DNA of 64,000 nt from Eledone cirrhosa (GCA_964016885.1 OZ024741.1:372992001-373056000), one strand, 5' to 3'. Positions 23,313-36,239 are shown, counted from the first letter of the stretch. A program made the numbers and translations. The notes: generated by a model from the letters alone, not told the origin.

Positions 23313-25721
23313 AGAAACATGTGACTACTTTGCTTGGAAATAAACCCAAGAGGTTTCACGACACTGAGGTAATAACAAAGGTAAGAGAAAATTTATAGTA
23401 ACCAGTAAAAAAATATGTCCTGATCTAATGTGTTTTGACAGTCTACATGAGAAATGTTTGAATAAATATGATCAGAGAAATTTTACTAACATAGGAGCTC
23501 TAGTATGGCCACAGTCTAATGATTGAAACCGATAAAAAAGTGAAAGAATATAAGTGTAGGTAAAACTGAGTGCTTAAGTTTGCTTCTTAACAACAGGATT
23601 TCATATTCAGTCCCACTATGCGTCACCTAGCATAGCCTGAGATTAACTGATGCCATGTGAATGGAGTGGTAGAGGACATTGTGTAGAAGCCTATTGTGTG
23701 GGTGTATATATATATCATCATCATCATCGTCACCATAATCTAATGTCCATTTTCCTTGCTAGCAAGGATTGGAAGGGTCATCACAGACCAACAGACCAAG
23801 TAAGTACTTAATCAGAGCCACTGACTTTTCAGATGGGATAGAGAGGGGGTGCATCTCAATTACATATGTTCCCACATTCTACAGAATGTCCCAGGTGTAT
23901 TTTATTGTGGAACCAGCTCTAGGGTAGTCATCATGTCTTTGACACAACTAAAAAGATCTCTCTACCCTTTGCTTGACAAGTTTTCTATGGATGGATGCCC
24001 ATTCAATTACCAACCACTTTAAAGAGTGTACTGAGTGCGTTTTAGAGTGTCACCAACACTGGAGAGATTGTCATGCCTTGTCACTACTGAAGAGTCAGCC
24101 CAACCTTTCTTCAGTATGGTTTCTATGGCTGGATGCCCTTCCTATCACCAACCACCTTACATGGTGTACTGGGAAAGTTTTATCATGGTAGGGCACTAGG
24201 GAGGTTATCTGTCATTGACTCTACCCTATGGAATAGGATGGGGGGGGGGAACTAAGAGGGATGGTAAATATGATGTCATATGCGTTTACGTTTACTGTTT
24301 GTTTATGTCCTGTAATTAAACAAATAGGGATCAATGAAATCTGTACTGGGTTTGATGTGGTTTGGTATGGACCTGTAACTCCTGAGAGAGTTGTACATAC
24401 AGAGACATACAGCGTTTCTTAGGGCATTTTAAAACCTGGTGGAGTCCATCTTCTCTCTAGGTCTGAATACAGCAGATTTTTTTCCAGTGAAGGATAGAAA
24501 GTGAGAGAAAGGATGTGAAAAAGAGCTATATATGAAGAATCGATCCCAGTACTAGACTGGTATTTTTTAATCAATTAAATTTTCCTTGAAATGGTGTCCC
24601 AGCATTACCATAGTCTAATAACTGAAAACAGTTAAGGAATAAAAGAATAAAAGGATATTATCTGAGAAAGTGGCTAGAACTCACAATTATCTCACAATCA
24701 AGGGCAAGAGAAATGACAATGAAATATGGAGTGGAGTCATCGTTTTATGTCCATTTTTCCATGCTTTCAAGGGGTGGATGAAATCTGAATCTTAACTATG
24801 AGTCAAGACAACCCTCGGAGTGTAGATCCAATCCATATCAAGTTAACCCCAGGGTCAGATTAAAATTTTGAGGCCCTAAGCATCTAAAAGATTATGGAAC
24901 CAGCCATACATAAAGTCTGTAAAAGATTTGTTGGCGAGTGACAAATACATTTAATTAGAACAATCCAGTTGTGGTTAACCTCCAGTTGCAACTGGTATTA
25001 ATTTTTTAACAGAATGCATTGGTGTAACAAGAAATTATGTCACAAGGCATCACCCAATCTGGCATCTTAGCCCTCTTCATGATAAACCACCCAAAACCAC
25101 TCATAGTTCTATGATGTAAGGCTCTTTATATTAAAGTATTTATATATATCTGAAAAGCTTCTATCATAATTTTCATGTAAAAAACTTTGTTAAGTTACGT
25201 TCCTAACAATAGGTTAATAATGAAAAAATTAGTTATGTTACTAAATGCTTTCATATTGTTGATTATTTTGAAAATTATTTGAAAATTGTAGACAGTGTTT
25301 CATTAGAAATCTGGTAACGAAAGATTTATGACCGTGAGTCCAATACCCTAAGCACCATGCCATTTAACTTTACGTGCCTGTAATTCAAATATGCATGAAG
25401 TACTTCATATAGACAAGAGTCAGCTCAGTAAGAAATAGAATTTAAAGTAGATAGTATGAAATGATGAGAGGATATGAATAATTTAGATGTTATAAATGAT
25501 GAAGTATGTTTCAAGTACACATAACACAGTATCTAAGCATTAATCCAATAAACAGTTTAATTTCATTAATAAGAAATTTTTACATTAAGATTTGATAATT
25601 ATCTTTCCCAAATTTATGTTAATTTCTGAGAAAATATTTTATTTATTTATTTCTCCACAGTCGTTTACATATGAAATGTCATATAATTCTGTTGTGTTTG
25701 CTTTCATTATATATATATATA

Positions 25722-25880
25722 TAGGAAAAGAGTCAGGACCCCGACGGCTGAGCTCCAGCCGCTTCGACAGCTAGATCCGGGGTCGTCACTCTTTTCCTAT
25801 TACCCGCTCCACTACCCTAATTATTGAGTACTCTGGTGTGTCATGGTCCACCTGGTATCTTACCACACCTTCTTTGTTAT
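25722..25880. mobile_element. (TA)n-anchored fold-back family member
   Basis: AGGAAAAGAGT...ACTCTTTTCCT inverted pair plus the shared family end; (TA)n on both sides. Confidence 0.7.
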
Positions 25881-25944
25881 ATATATATATATATATCATA
25901 TTCATCATCATTTAATGTCCATTTTCCATGTTTATATATACATA

Positions 25945-26750
25945 TCTAGGGCAGGTAAAATTCCCGAGATCCATAGACGAGTCCTCTCCAGTGGTCTCTG
26001 TCCCTCATTATCGCTGCCATGTCCTGCATCTCCAACAGATCAGTGTCTGTCCTTAGGGCATCAACATATTGTTAACCTTGGTCTTCCTCTTCCAGTGTGT
26101 CCATGTAGGGGCTCCCACAGGAGCACTGAGTGTAATGTTAACTCTGGATGTTGGTGAGCATGTCCAACTAACCTCAGTCTCCTCTGTGTCACTTTTGAGC
26201 TGACTTTTGGGAGGCTCCCATACAGCTCTGAGTTTTTCATCCTCAGTGTATACTGATTAATGTTCAGAGCCATCCTCAGCATTCTCGTGTAGCATCCATC
26301 CACCATCTGAGTGAGTTTCTTGGTCAGTGTCCAAGTCTCAGACTCGTACAGCAGCACAGACTCCACTACAGCAATGAAGAGGCGGATTTTCAGGTCTCTA
26401 CGAAGGTCCAACTTCCACACCGATCTCAAGCTGTGGCACGCCGCCCAAGCTTTGCTCTTCCTCTCAACCACATCATCTTCCGTATTCCTAATCTTTGCTC
26501 CCAAATACAGGAAGTCCTCAACCAATTCTAGCGGCTTCCCGCCTACATTAGTGATCCCCTCAACATTCTCTACCAGATATTTTCTTTAATCTCATTCATT
26601 CTCAGCCCCACACTCATCGACACTGTAGTTCAGAGCAGGAGAGTTAAGGCGAAAAAGATATCGGATGCTGAATTTGCCGACGACATGGTTTTGGTGACAA
26701 ATACAGTGAAGGAGGCAGAGGATTTGATGCGGAGGTTGAGACTGTGTCGA
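25945..26750 (-). mobile_element. 5'-truncated, 5'-inverted RTE-clade LINE
   Basis: Minus 25945-26622: VGLRMN...VEDFLYLG...VESVLLYESETWTLT...RRLRLVGH. Plus 26623-26750: KISDAEFADDMVL (RT catalytic motif). Confidence 0.9.
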
Positions 26751-26799
26751 TATATATATATAATTAGACAAAGATTTACATAGTTCACTGTACAAGAGG

Positions 26800-27249
26800 G
26801 TTTATTTCATAACGTTTTCATATGTTTCATTAACATGTATGGAAGTTCATTTAGAAATCGATAATCCCAATAATATATTGGGAAAAATTGAATTCAATTA
26901 TGGTAAAAAGTTGACTCCCAACATATCAAATTATCAAAACAGATTTTATATATATATATCATCACCACCACTTTACATCCATTTTCCATGCTTGCATGGG
27001 ATAGACGAAATATATATGAGTGTGTGTGTGTACATATGTACACACACACACACACACATATATTTCGTCTATCCCATACAAGCATGGAAAATAGATGTAA
27101 AGTGATGATGATATATATATATATAAAATCTGTTTTGATAATTTGATATGTTGGGAGTCAATTTTTCCCAATATATTATTGAGATTATCGATTTCTAAAT
27201 GAACTTCCATACATGTTAATGAAACATATGTAAATCTTATGAAATAAAC
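26800..27249. repeat. Spacerless ~450-bp palindrome
   Basis: Centre GTGTACAT|ATGTACAC at 27035/27036; the arms differ by a ~23-bp indel and scattered substitutions. Confidence 0.92.
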
Positions 27250-27825
27250 ATCATCATCATCGTTTTGACTTCCACTTCCCCATTTTATTTACAATTGATC
27301 ATGCCTGCCTTAGAAAACAAAGTATATTCCTGAAAGTGGGAGCCATACTAAAAGGCATTCACTATGCTCTGTAAAGTTTCTGGTAATTTGAAGGTAACCC
27401 ATATTGGGTAGAGAGTGTTAGTCTCTGTTGAGATTATGGTAATTTCTCTGTTGCTGTATATATATAGAGAGAGAGAGAGATAGCCTGCAGTGTTGAGACT
27501 GAGGAGACCACTAATTATGGGAGTACTCAATGTATGGAGAGGTGCAGAGTGAGTACAAAGATAGGTCAAATCCTGACTGCAGCGCCAAGAGTTTCCATGT
27601 GAACACAGATGATGAAAACGCTTGGCACCATGGTCAGGATTTTACTCACACACACACACACACACACATATATGACAGGCTTCCATGTAGTTTTCTTTCA
27701 CCAAATTCCCTCACAAGGCATTGATCAGCTTGCAGCTATAGAAGACACTTATTCAGTATTATGTAGTAGGATTGAACCTGAAGCCACATGGTTTCAAAGT
27801 TAACTGCTATATATATATATATATA

Positions 27826-27925
27826 AAACAAAGAAAGTGTGGTAAGGAACCAGGTGGACCATAACGCACCAGAGTACTCGATACTTAGGGTAGTAGAGCC
27901 ATCAGGGTCCTGACTCATTTCCTAT
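27826..27925 (-). mobile_element. (TA)n-anchored family terminal fragment
   Basis: Reverse complement of the shared family end, between TA tracts. Confidence 0.7.
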
Positions 27926-28007
27926 ATATATATATATACATACATATGCACATAGAAACATATTATTGAATGAGGTTCAAATTTATACATACATTCATAC
28001 ATATACA

Positions 28008-28056
<49 letters not shown>

Positions 28057-28057
<1 letters not shown>

Positions 28058-28221
28058 AAGGCGCATGGCTTAGTGGTTAGAGCATTGGGCTTGCAATCGA
28101 AAGGTTGTGAGTTCAGTTCTCAGACCGGGTGATGTGTTGTCAGCCGACCGGACACTGCTCACAACAGGACAACCCGTCTAACCCATGCTAGCGTGGCAGA
28201 ACGGACGTAAAACGGTGATGA

Positions 28222-28225
<4 letters not shown>
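28057..28225 (+). mobile_element. Internally deleted tRNA-derived SINE
   Basis: tRNA-like head fused to the RTE-like tail GGACGTAAAACGGTGATGATG. Confidence 0.8.
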
Positions 28226-28274
<49 letters not shown>

Positions 28275-28687
28275 CATATTGTAAACACATTATTCAACAA
28301 TATGTAGTGCACCTGAGCACTGTACACAATAATTTTCATCATCATTAAATTCATATATATAGATATCTAAATTGTGAACACCTCATTCATCAATATGTGT
28401 ATGTATGTGTGTGTATTGATGAACGAGGTGTTCATACTTTAGAAACAAGCAATCAATACAGGTAGATGTAGATTGATAAAAAAAGGAAAAGAAAAGAAAT
28501 CAATAAATATTAACAAGCATTTCAGGTATTTCAGGTATTTCAAGTAGACTGTCAATAAAGTAATATTATAAGTGTAACTACATGCTGTTTTATAGACTAT
28601 TTTGTTGTGATGACGTCTGAAATTTTACTGTTACCCCCTTTAGTAACAACTTAGGCAGGGTGAAGGCACGTGGCTTTGTGGTTAGGG

Positions 28688-29176
28688 CAGTGTTTCTCAA
28701 CCAGTGTTTCCTTGAGCCCTATGGTTCCACAAGAGGTCACTAGGGGTTCTGCGAGAAACAGCGATAAATAATAAATAAGCTAATGCATTTTTTAGTCATT
28801 TTTGCTTAATTTTATATCTGTAATTTTACTATACACACATGGCATATTGTTGGAAAGTTCTTGGTTATTATAATAAAGACTTTGACCTCTAATATGTATT
28901 TAAAACTAGGCCATTACTTATCAATGCACTGAGCTCTCACAAAGGGGAGTATGATTTTGTTTTGTATTGTCAATAAATTTGACAAAAAAGGGGAGTTATT
29001 TTTTCCTTAAACCAGTTATCCAATAAAAATGTATTATGTTTAACATGTGAACTATGATAAAAATTTGAAAGAGATAGATATTGATAATGGTATATAATAA
29101 TTTTTATGCAGGGATTCCCTGAGACATGAAAACTATTTCAAGGGTTCTGCTAGGGTAAAAAGGTTGAGAAACACTG
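28688..29176. mobile_element. hAT (Charlie-like) MITE inserted in a SINE head
   Basis: Perfect 15-bp TIR CAGTGTTTCTCAACC; 8-bp TSD GGTTAGGG. Confidence 0.92.
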
Positions 29177-29982
29177 GGTTAGGGTGTAAATGTTGCTCCA
29201 GTTTACTCTGCTGGCAAAAATGAGTGCCTGTATTTAATTTAAGGCCGTCAGCCTTGTTACACATTGTGTCATACTGAATCTCCCTGAGAACTATGCTAAG
29301 GGTACACATGTCTGTGGAATGCTCTGCTACCTACATGTTAGTTTTATGAGCATGCAGTTACATTGATCAAATCAACTGGAGAATTTGATGTCAGAAATGA
29401 TGGAGGCCCAACAACGGATGTTTGTTGATTAAATCAACTGGCGCATTCCTTGTCAGAAATGATGGAGGCTCAACAACAGATGTTTGCTGATCAAATCAAA
29501 TGGCGCATTCTTTGTCAGAAATGATAGAGGTACAATAACAGATGTCTCAATATTTGTCTTGAAATTTTACGTGTGATTTAAGTCAAATTAAATTCATCAA
29601 CACATACTCTACAGGTATAACTTGTCAAGTAAGATGACAAACAAAGTATTCTAGAACTTTCTAACCTATGTATCATCTACTCTGGCAGAGGGGGGAACAA
29701 ACCTTTGTCACACATTGTGTCATATTGAAAGTCACTGAGGACTATGTTAAGGATTCACAGATCCCTGGAATACTCAGCCACATACAGGCTAATTTCATGA
29801 GCAGGCAGTTTCATAGATTGAATCAACTGCAACACTGGTCATCAGAGATGATGGTGGTTGAATAAGATGTGTTGGCTGAGATGAGGGCATTTCAAAGAGG
29901 TGTGTATTCTAATTCATATTAAAGTCAATCTGAATAGAAACAGCTTCATAATGATAATGAGTAGAAAATAATATATGTATAA

Positions 29983-30385
29983 ATAATTGTTTCTACTTTA
30001 GGCACAAGGCCAGCAATTACCCAGTGCATTACTGGTACTTTATTTTATCGACCCCCGTAAGGATGAAAGGCAAAGTCAACCTCGGCGGGATTTAAACCTA
30101 GATCGTAAAGGGACATAACTATGCTGGAAAGCATGGCGTCCGACCCTCTACTGATACTGCCAATGATGTCTACTATAGGCACAAGGGCAGCAATTTTTGG
30201 GGAGTGGAAATTTGATTAAATCAACCCCCAGTGCATTACTGATGCTTTATTTTATCGACCCCATAAAGATAAAAGGCAAAGTTAACATCAGTGGGATTTG
30301 AACTCAGACCGTAAAGTGTCGTAACTTTATGCTGCAAAGCATGGTGTCTGATGCTCTACCAATAGTGCCAATTCACTGCCCTTAT
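29983..30385 (-). mobile_element. Two tandem SINEs of the (TTA)-tailed family
   Basis: Both carry the reverse complement of GCCTTTCATCCTTACGGGGTCGATAAAATAAAGTACCAG. Further copies at 9070-9280, 9655-9840, 10285-10460, 51220-51405 and elsewhere. Confidence 0.85.
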
Positions 30386-30604
30386 ATATGTATATATAAT
30401 AAAATTATATAACTTTAGTATTATAACACAAGTTGTGTAAATCTCATATTATAATAATTGTCATCTCTGCCCGTCTGCCATACTTATTTGTTCAAAACAT
30501 GGCTGCACAAAAAAAAAGTGTTTTTTAGTTGATTCATCTATGGTTTTTTTTGTTTTACAAAAAATAAAAAATATTATATCTGCTTGATATATCTATATCT
30601 CACT

Positions 30605-30655
<51 letters not shown>

Positions 30656-30804
30656 CTCTCTACAGTTGTATAGTCTGAAGATTGAGGACAGTCAGTCAAT
30701 AGAAGTACAGGACATAGACAAGCAGCACCAGTTGTTAAGCTGTCATCATCATCATCATCATAGAAGTACAGGACATAGACAAGTAGCACCAGTTGTTAAG
30801 CTGT

Positions 30805-31440
30805 CATCATCATCATCATTTTTACATTCATTTTTCCATTGCACCTGTTAGATGGGTTTTCTTCAGTACAATATCTCACCACTTATATCATTCCATTGTT
30901 ATCTCATTTTTCGAGATTCAGCACCATGAAATCAGCTTTTGAATACTTCTGCTCAGCTATTCCTCAACCTACTTCTATCATATCTTTCTACTACTCAGAA
31001 TTGTTGGCACTTCTATACCCAATGTTTATCATCCACATGCATTTTGTGCCTTGTCTGTACCAGCACAATTTCTCTCCTGCAAACAACAATTGGTATCCTT
31101 TATATCAAGCTTTTCTCTTAACTCATCTGTGCTGCATCGTTTATGCGCATTCACATTACACATCCACTGAAGCATGATGGATTCATTTCAGTCTAACCTT
31201 TGCATATACTCTGCATTTAAAGCACACATCTCACTACCATGCAACATTGCCTTTTATACATAGGCATAGTACAATTTACCCTTCATTCAGAGAGAGAATC
31301 TCTTTGCTGCCAACAGAGTTAGTAGCTCAATGAACATTTTTGCTTCTATTTTTATTTTGGTTACTATGCATTCAAAGCACTCTACTCTACTGCTAATTAG
31401 GTCACCTAGGTAACAGAAGCTATCAACTATGGCTTTCCTT
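30805..31440 (-). mobile_element. Decayed RTE LINE fragment
   Basis: Minus strand reads VDSFCYLGDLI and AMLHGSE in different frames; (CAT)n tail on the left. Confidence 0.7.
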
Positions 31441-31913
31441 GATTTTGGAAAGAATTACTAACAACCAAATTTAAATCTTCCATCATAATTTGATATAAGA
31501 AACTTTTGATAACTTTGTTTTGCAAGCTTTTTGATATGAAATCGTGTGTTGAAACAAATATTGTTATATTTGGGGAGGGTCATGTTGTTATAATATTGCC
31601 AGAAATATATAAAACACACTCAGTGATAAATAAATAAATAAAATAGTATAAGAAAACATTACAGAAATACAACAGGAAGAAATATAATAGTATTTTTTTA
31701 TAAGTTACTTTTCAAATACCATCTTAATAATGAAATAATAAAAAATTTAAGTAAATACTTCATAATCTTCATTGGTTAATTGAAATAATATGTATTTCAT
31801 AAGGAATATGGTAGCAAAAGGGTTAAATTCACAATTTTGCTTTTTTCTGAACACTGGAGAATGTCAAGACTATACAGTCTAAACTGAATATTTCAACTCT
31901 TAACATTCTTTAA

Positions 31914-32134
31914 CCATTTAGCATTTACATTACTCTATATATATTATTGTATTTTCATGGTAAAGGCTTCATCTCACATAATTATCTCACATAATGTCGA
32001 ATCTATAAGATTTTGATATTATTTATTTTGAGAATGATACCTTAACATCACTATGAATGGGAAGTTACAGCTGGTTTGAACAGAAAGAGGTTAGAGAATT
32101 CTGACCAGATATGGCCAGTTTAAATGCTAAAGGG
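31914..32134. mobile_element. piggyBac-like MITE family A
   Basis: TTAA TSD and TIRs as in the 15275 copy. Confidence 0.85.
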
Positions 32135-32593
32135 TTAATAATTTAGCAGAAAATTTCTAAAAATAGGCTTGTCAATAGTATCTTTACTAGCGAACACATT
32201 GTGAAAATTTACAATATTAGGGTAAAAATTTAAATTTCTAATGTGATGTTTTGTTATTTTCAAGAAAGTCTTGCTAATGTAGTTTCATGTGGTTTGCTAA
32301 TTCAAGTATCTATATTTGCAGACACATTGTAGTATGATGGTAAAGACTTTAATGTTTAATGAGATGCAGTCATAGTACTGCTATGGTTTTTCCAATACTG
32401 TCTTGCTAATGTATTTTCTCTTGGTATGCATATGAGATAACATTCTATAAGACACAAGTCCATTATAATAATCTTTATAGAGATCTGGTACATATTTCCT
32501 ATAAAACTAGATCAATTGAAATACATAGAATTCAATTTCCTGTCAAAAGGTATAATGAAATAAACTAGATCACACATTCACTGCAGATAACTA

Positions 32594-32624
<31 letters not shown>

Positions 32625-33687
32625 CATCATCATCATCTTCGTTTAACATATATATATATATAGTTATGAGATCTCTCTCTCTCTCTATATATATATATAA
32701 CTATATATATATATATAACTATATATATATATAGTTGTTTCCTTGAGCAAGACACTTTATTTCAGATTGCTCCAGTTTACTCAGCTGTAGAAATGAGATG
32801 ATAGGGACTGGGGTCCCTATCATTCCACTGCAAAAGTGGTCGTGGAGGTGCCACGGCAAAATGAGGTTGGTGTTAGGAAGGGCATCCAGCTGTAGAAATC
32901 AAGCCAGAATCAGTTCCCGTCCCACCCTTGCAAGCAGGGAAAAGTGGGCGTAAAAATGAAATGATGATGAAAAATATATAACTATATAACTATATATATA
33001 TATATATGTATATATAATAGAATAATTCAATGCTCAAATGTGATTTTATAGCCCACACCAAGATAGGTAAAAGACAGTTCAGAGTTTAATCCAATTGGTA
33101 AATTTCCACTTCCAATCAGAGTAGTTTTACAATATCACAGACCATATGTTCATTATACACATACACATATATACATATATTCAAAATTATTTTTTAAAAT
33201 CAATGATATGAAATTATTATTTAATCTTTCGTTTCTGTGCATGTTTCAATATGGTTAAAATACCACATCTATTTTCAGAACAACTGGAAATTATCAGTTA
33301 ACAATTATCTACATCATGGGTGTATTGAAATGTGTATCATCATCATCATCATCATCATCATCAGGTTTAGCGTCCGTGTTCCACGCTTGCATGGGTTTGG
33401 ACGGGGGTTTTCCCACTTGAGGCAAGAGTGGTTGTCTTGCTCGCATAGGACTGTCTGGCGGGTTTTCTACAGTTGGATGCCCTTCCTAACACCAACCACA
33501 TTTACAGTGTGGGGCTGGGAGGTTTTTACCGTGTTGCCGAATAAATAAATAATGATTTTATATCCTTGACTTTTTTTATAATTTTGAATTTGAAATGCTC
33601 TGCTACCTGAACCACCCTTAACAATAGGATATTTTACCTGTCAATAACTTAATCATCCAGTTTGTACTTCTGAAAAACTGAGGATAT

Positions 33688-34075
33688 AATAATAATGATA
33701 ATGAAATTATTGTGTACAGTGCTCAGGTGCACTACAACTCATCAAAGGTGCATGTATAGTACATAGAATAATGTACAAATATCAGGAAAAGGCACAGTGT
33801 ATGAGATATGATATACATGTGTGTGTAGGTATGGAGGGGGGATATCAGGGATAGTGTTGGCAAATTTCAGGAAGCATGGAGGTTTTAAATGATGCAGTGT
33901 CTCGGCTGCTAACAACTGATGCAGGTAGTTTGTTCCATGTTTCAGCAACTCTGAGCGTGAAGAAGTGTTTCCGAAAGTCATGGGAACTGTGCTGTTTTCT
34001 GACTCTGACGTGTGTTAGACACATGGAAATCAAAAAGGTGCTCAGGGTTGTTGTTGGCAATGTGCATTGCGTTTC
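33688..34075 (-). mobile_element. CR1-clade LINE 3' end
   Basis: RKHFFTLRVAETWNKLPASVV...FK motif, 3'UTR and (ATT)n tail. 3'UTR copies at 46580-46945 and 28303-28345. Confidence 0.85.
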
Positions 34076-34124
34076 TTTCACCTTACCAAAGGAAATAATG
34101 AAGTACTACACTATAATCATATAT

Positions 34125-34182
<58 letters not shown>

Positions 34183-34293
34183 TTGAAAAAAATGAAAACG
34201 AAATTTCATTTCTCACTCTTAGTATGGCACTTACTTAAATGTAAGTATGTATGTATACGTACATACATATATGTATACAGACGTACAGTAGCA

Positions 34294-34340
<47 letters not shown>

Positions 34341-34499
34341 GCATACAGGTACACATACATATATGCACGCATCAGTTTAGCCGACGTTTATTATAACGCC
34401 TGCTTTGTTCGTTTGTTTGTCAACAAATCGAACAGCCTGAATTTATGCCATACGGTGTTAAGGCAACCACGTCACCTTTTTGTTCAACACTGACACAGG

Positions 34500-34545
34500 A
34501 ACGATGTACTAGTTTCAAGCTTGTTAGCTATCATCAGCACCGTTT
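34500..34545 (-). ncRNA. Minimal type I hammerhead ribozyme
   Basis: Exact reverse complement of 35293-35338. Confidence 0.8.
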
Positions 34546-34778
34546 ACCCATCTGCCAGATAGTTGAACGTTCGAAAGTATATACTTTCCTTATGAAAATT
34601 AACGGCTGAGCAGCCTAATTTGCATATTGAGTGAGTTAAATCGGTCAGGCATACCGAAAACGATAAGTTGAAAAAAATGAAAACGAAATTTCATTTCTCA
34701 CTCTTAGTATGGCACTTACTTAAATGTAAGTATGTATGTATACGTACATACATATATGTATACAGACGTACAGTAGCA

Positions 34779-34829
<51 letters not shown>

Positions 34830-34978
34830 GCATACAGGTACACATACATATATGCACGCATCAGTTTAGCCGACGTTTATTATAACGCCTGCTTTGTTCG
34901 TTTGTTTGTCAACAAATCGAACAGCCTGAATTTATGCCATACGGTGTTAAGGCAACCACGTCACCTTTTTTTGTATGC

Positions 34979-35059
<81 letters not shown>

Positions 35060-35292
35060 TGCTACTGTACGTCTGTATACATATATGTATGTACGTATAC
35101 ATACATACTTACATTTAAGTAAGTGCCATACTAAGAGTGAGAAATGAAATTTCGTTTTCATTTTTTTCAACTTATCGTTTTCGGTATGCCTGACCGATTT
35201 AACTCACTCAATATGCACATTAGGCTGCTCAGCCGTTAATTTTCATAAGGAAAGTATATACTTTCGAACGTTCAACTATCTGGCAGATGGGT

Positions 35293-35338
35293 AAACGGTG
35301 CTGATGATAGCTAACAAGCTTGAAACTAGTACATCGTT
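35293..35338 (+). ncRNA. Minimal type I hammerhead ribozyme
   Basis: AACGGTG-CTGATGA-T-AGCT(AACA)AGCT-T-GAAA-CTA-GTA-CATCGTT: 7-bp stem I, stem II, palindromic ACTAGT stem III, GUA cleavage triplet. Confidence 0.8.
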
Positions 35339-35497
35339 CCTGTGTCAGTGTTGAACAAAAAGGTGATGTGGTTGCCTTAACACCGTATGGCATAAATTCA
35401 GGCTGTTCAGTTTGTTGACAAACAAACGAACAAAGCAGGCGTTATAATAAACGTCGGCTAAACTGATGCGTGCATATATGTATGTATACCTGTATGC

Positions 35498-35531
<34 letters not shown>

Positions 35532-35587
35532 GCATGCTACTGTACGTCTGTATACATATATGTATGTACGTATACATACATACTTAC

Positions 35588-35622
<35 letters not shown>

Positions 35623-35646
35623 ATATATGATTTTAGTGTAGTACTA

Positions 35647-35797
35647 CTCCCAAACAGGCGAGGGATCTTATATTTTTTTTACTAGGTACAAATTGAATTT
35701 TTGTATGATATATATATATATATATATTATATATATCATACAAAAATTCAATTTGTACCTAGCAAAAAAAATATAAGATCCCTCGCCTGTTTGGGAG
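35647..35797. repeat. Palindrome centred on a TA tract
   Basis: ~62-bp near-perfect arms CTCCCAAACAGGCGAGG...CCTCGCCTGTTTGGGAG. Confidence 0.9.
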
Positions 35798-36191
35798 ATT
35801 AGTGGCCCCGCTTCATTACCGACTTGGTCTATGTAGATCCGTCCAACCCTTGCTAGAAAGAAAGGCAGGCATTAGAACGATGATGATGATCATCATATAT
35901 ATAATTCTCAAATTTGAAAATATATTTTCAAGTATCAAATTATTTTGCTGCAGTGAAATAAATTTAGAATAAAAATCTATATTAAATAGGAAGACCATGC
36001 TGCTGAAACCTGTAAGATTACAGTTTCAATCAAACTAGGTCTCAACATCATGTAACCAAAGTCTCCCTTTTGTAAACAGATATCTATTATTTTCATCGGT
36101 GATTTAAATCTGACAACCAATATGTATATGTGACAATAATTGAACAATTTATCACCAGCAAAGAAAATAATAAATAATATAAAATAAAATA

Positions 36192-36238
<47 letters not shown>

Positions 36239-36239
<1 letters not shown>

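Larger units (their letters stand above)
34181..35592. mobile_element. ORF-less Penelope pLTR/retrozyme-like array: 485-bp tandem unit plus inverted copy
   Basis: Unit starts at 34181 and 34666; 34973-35592 is the near-perfect reverse complement of about 34236-34837; flanked by (TA)n; contains hammerheads. Confidence 0.85.

Noticed and set aside
28060-28130. tRNA gene
   Set aside because: SINE head: the cloverleaf is imperfect and it runs directly into the SINE body and tail.
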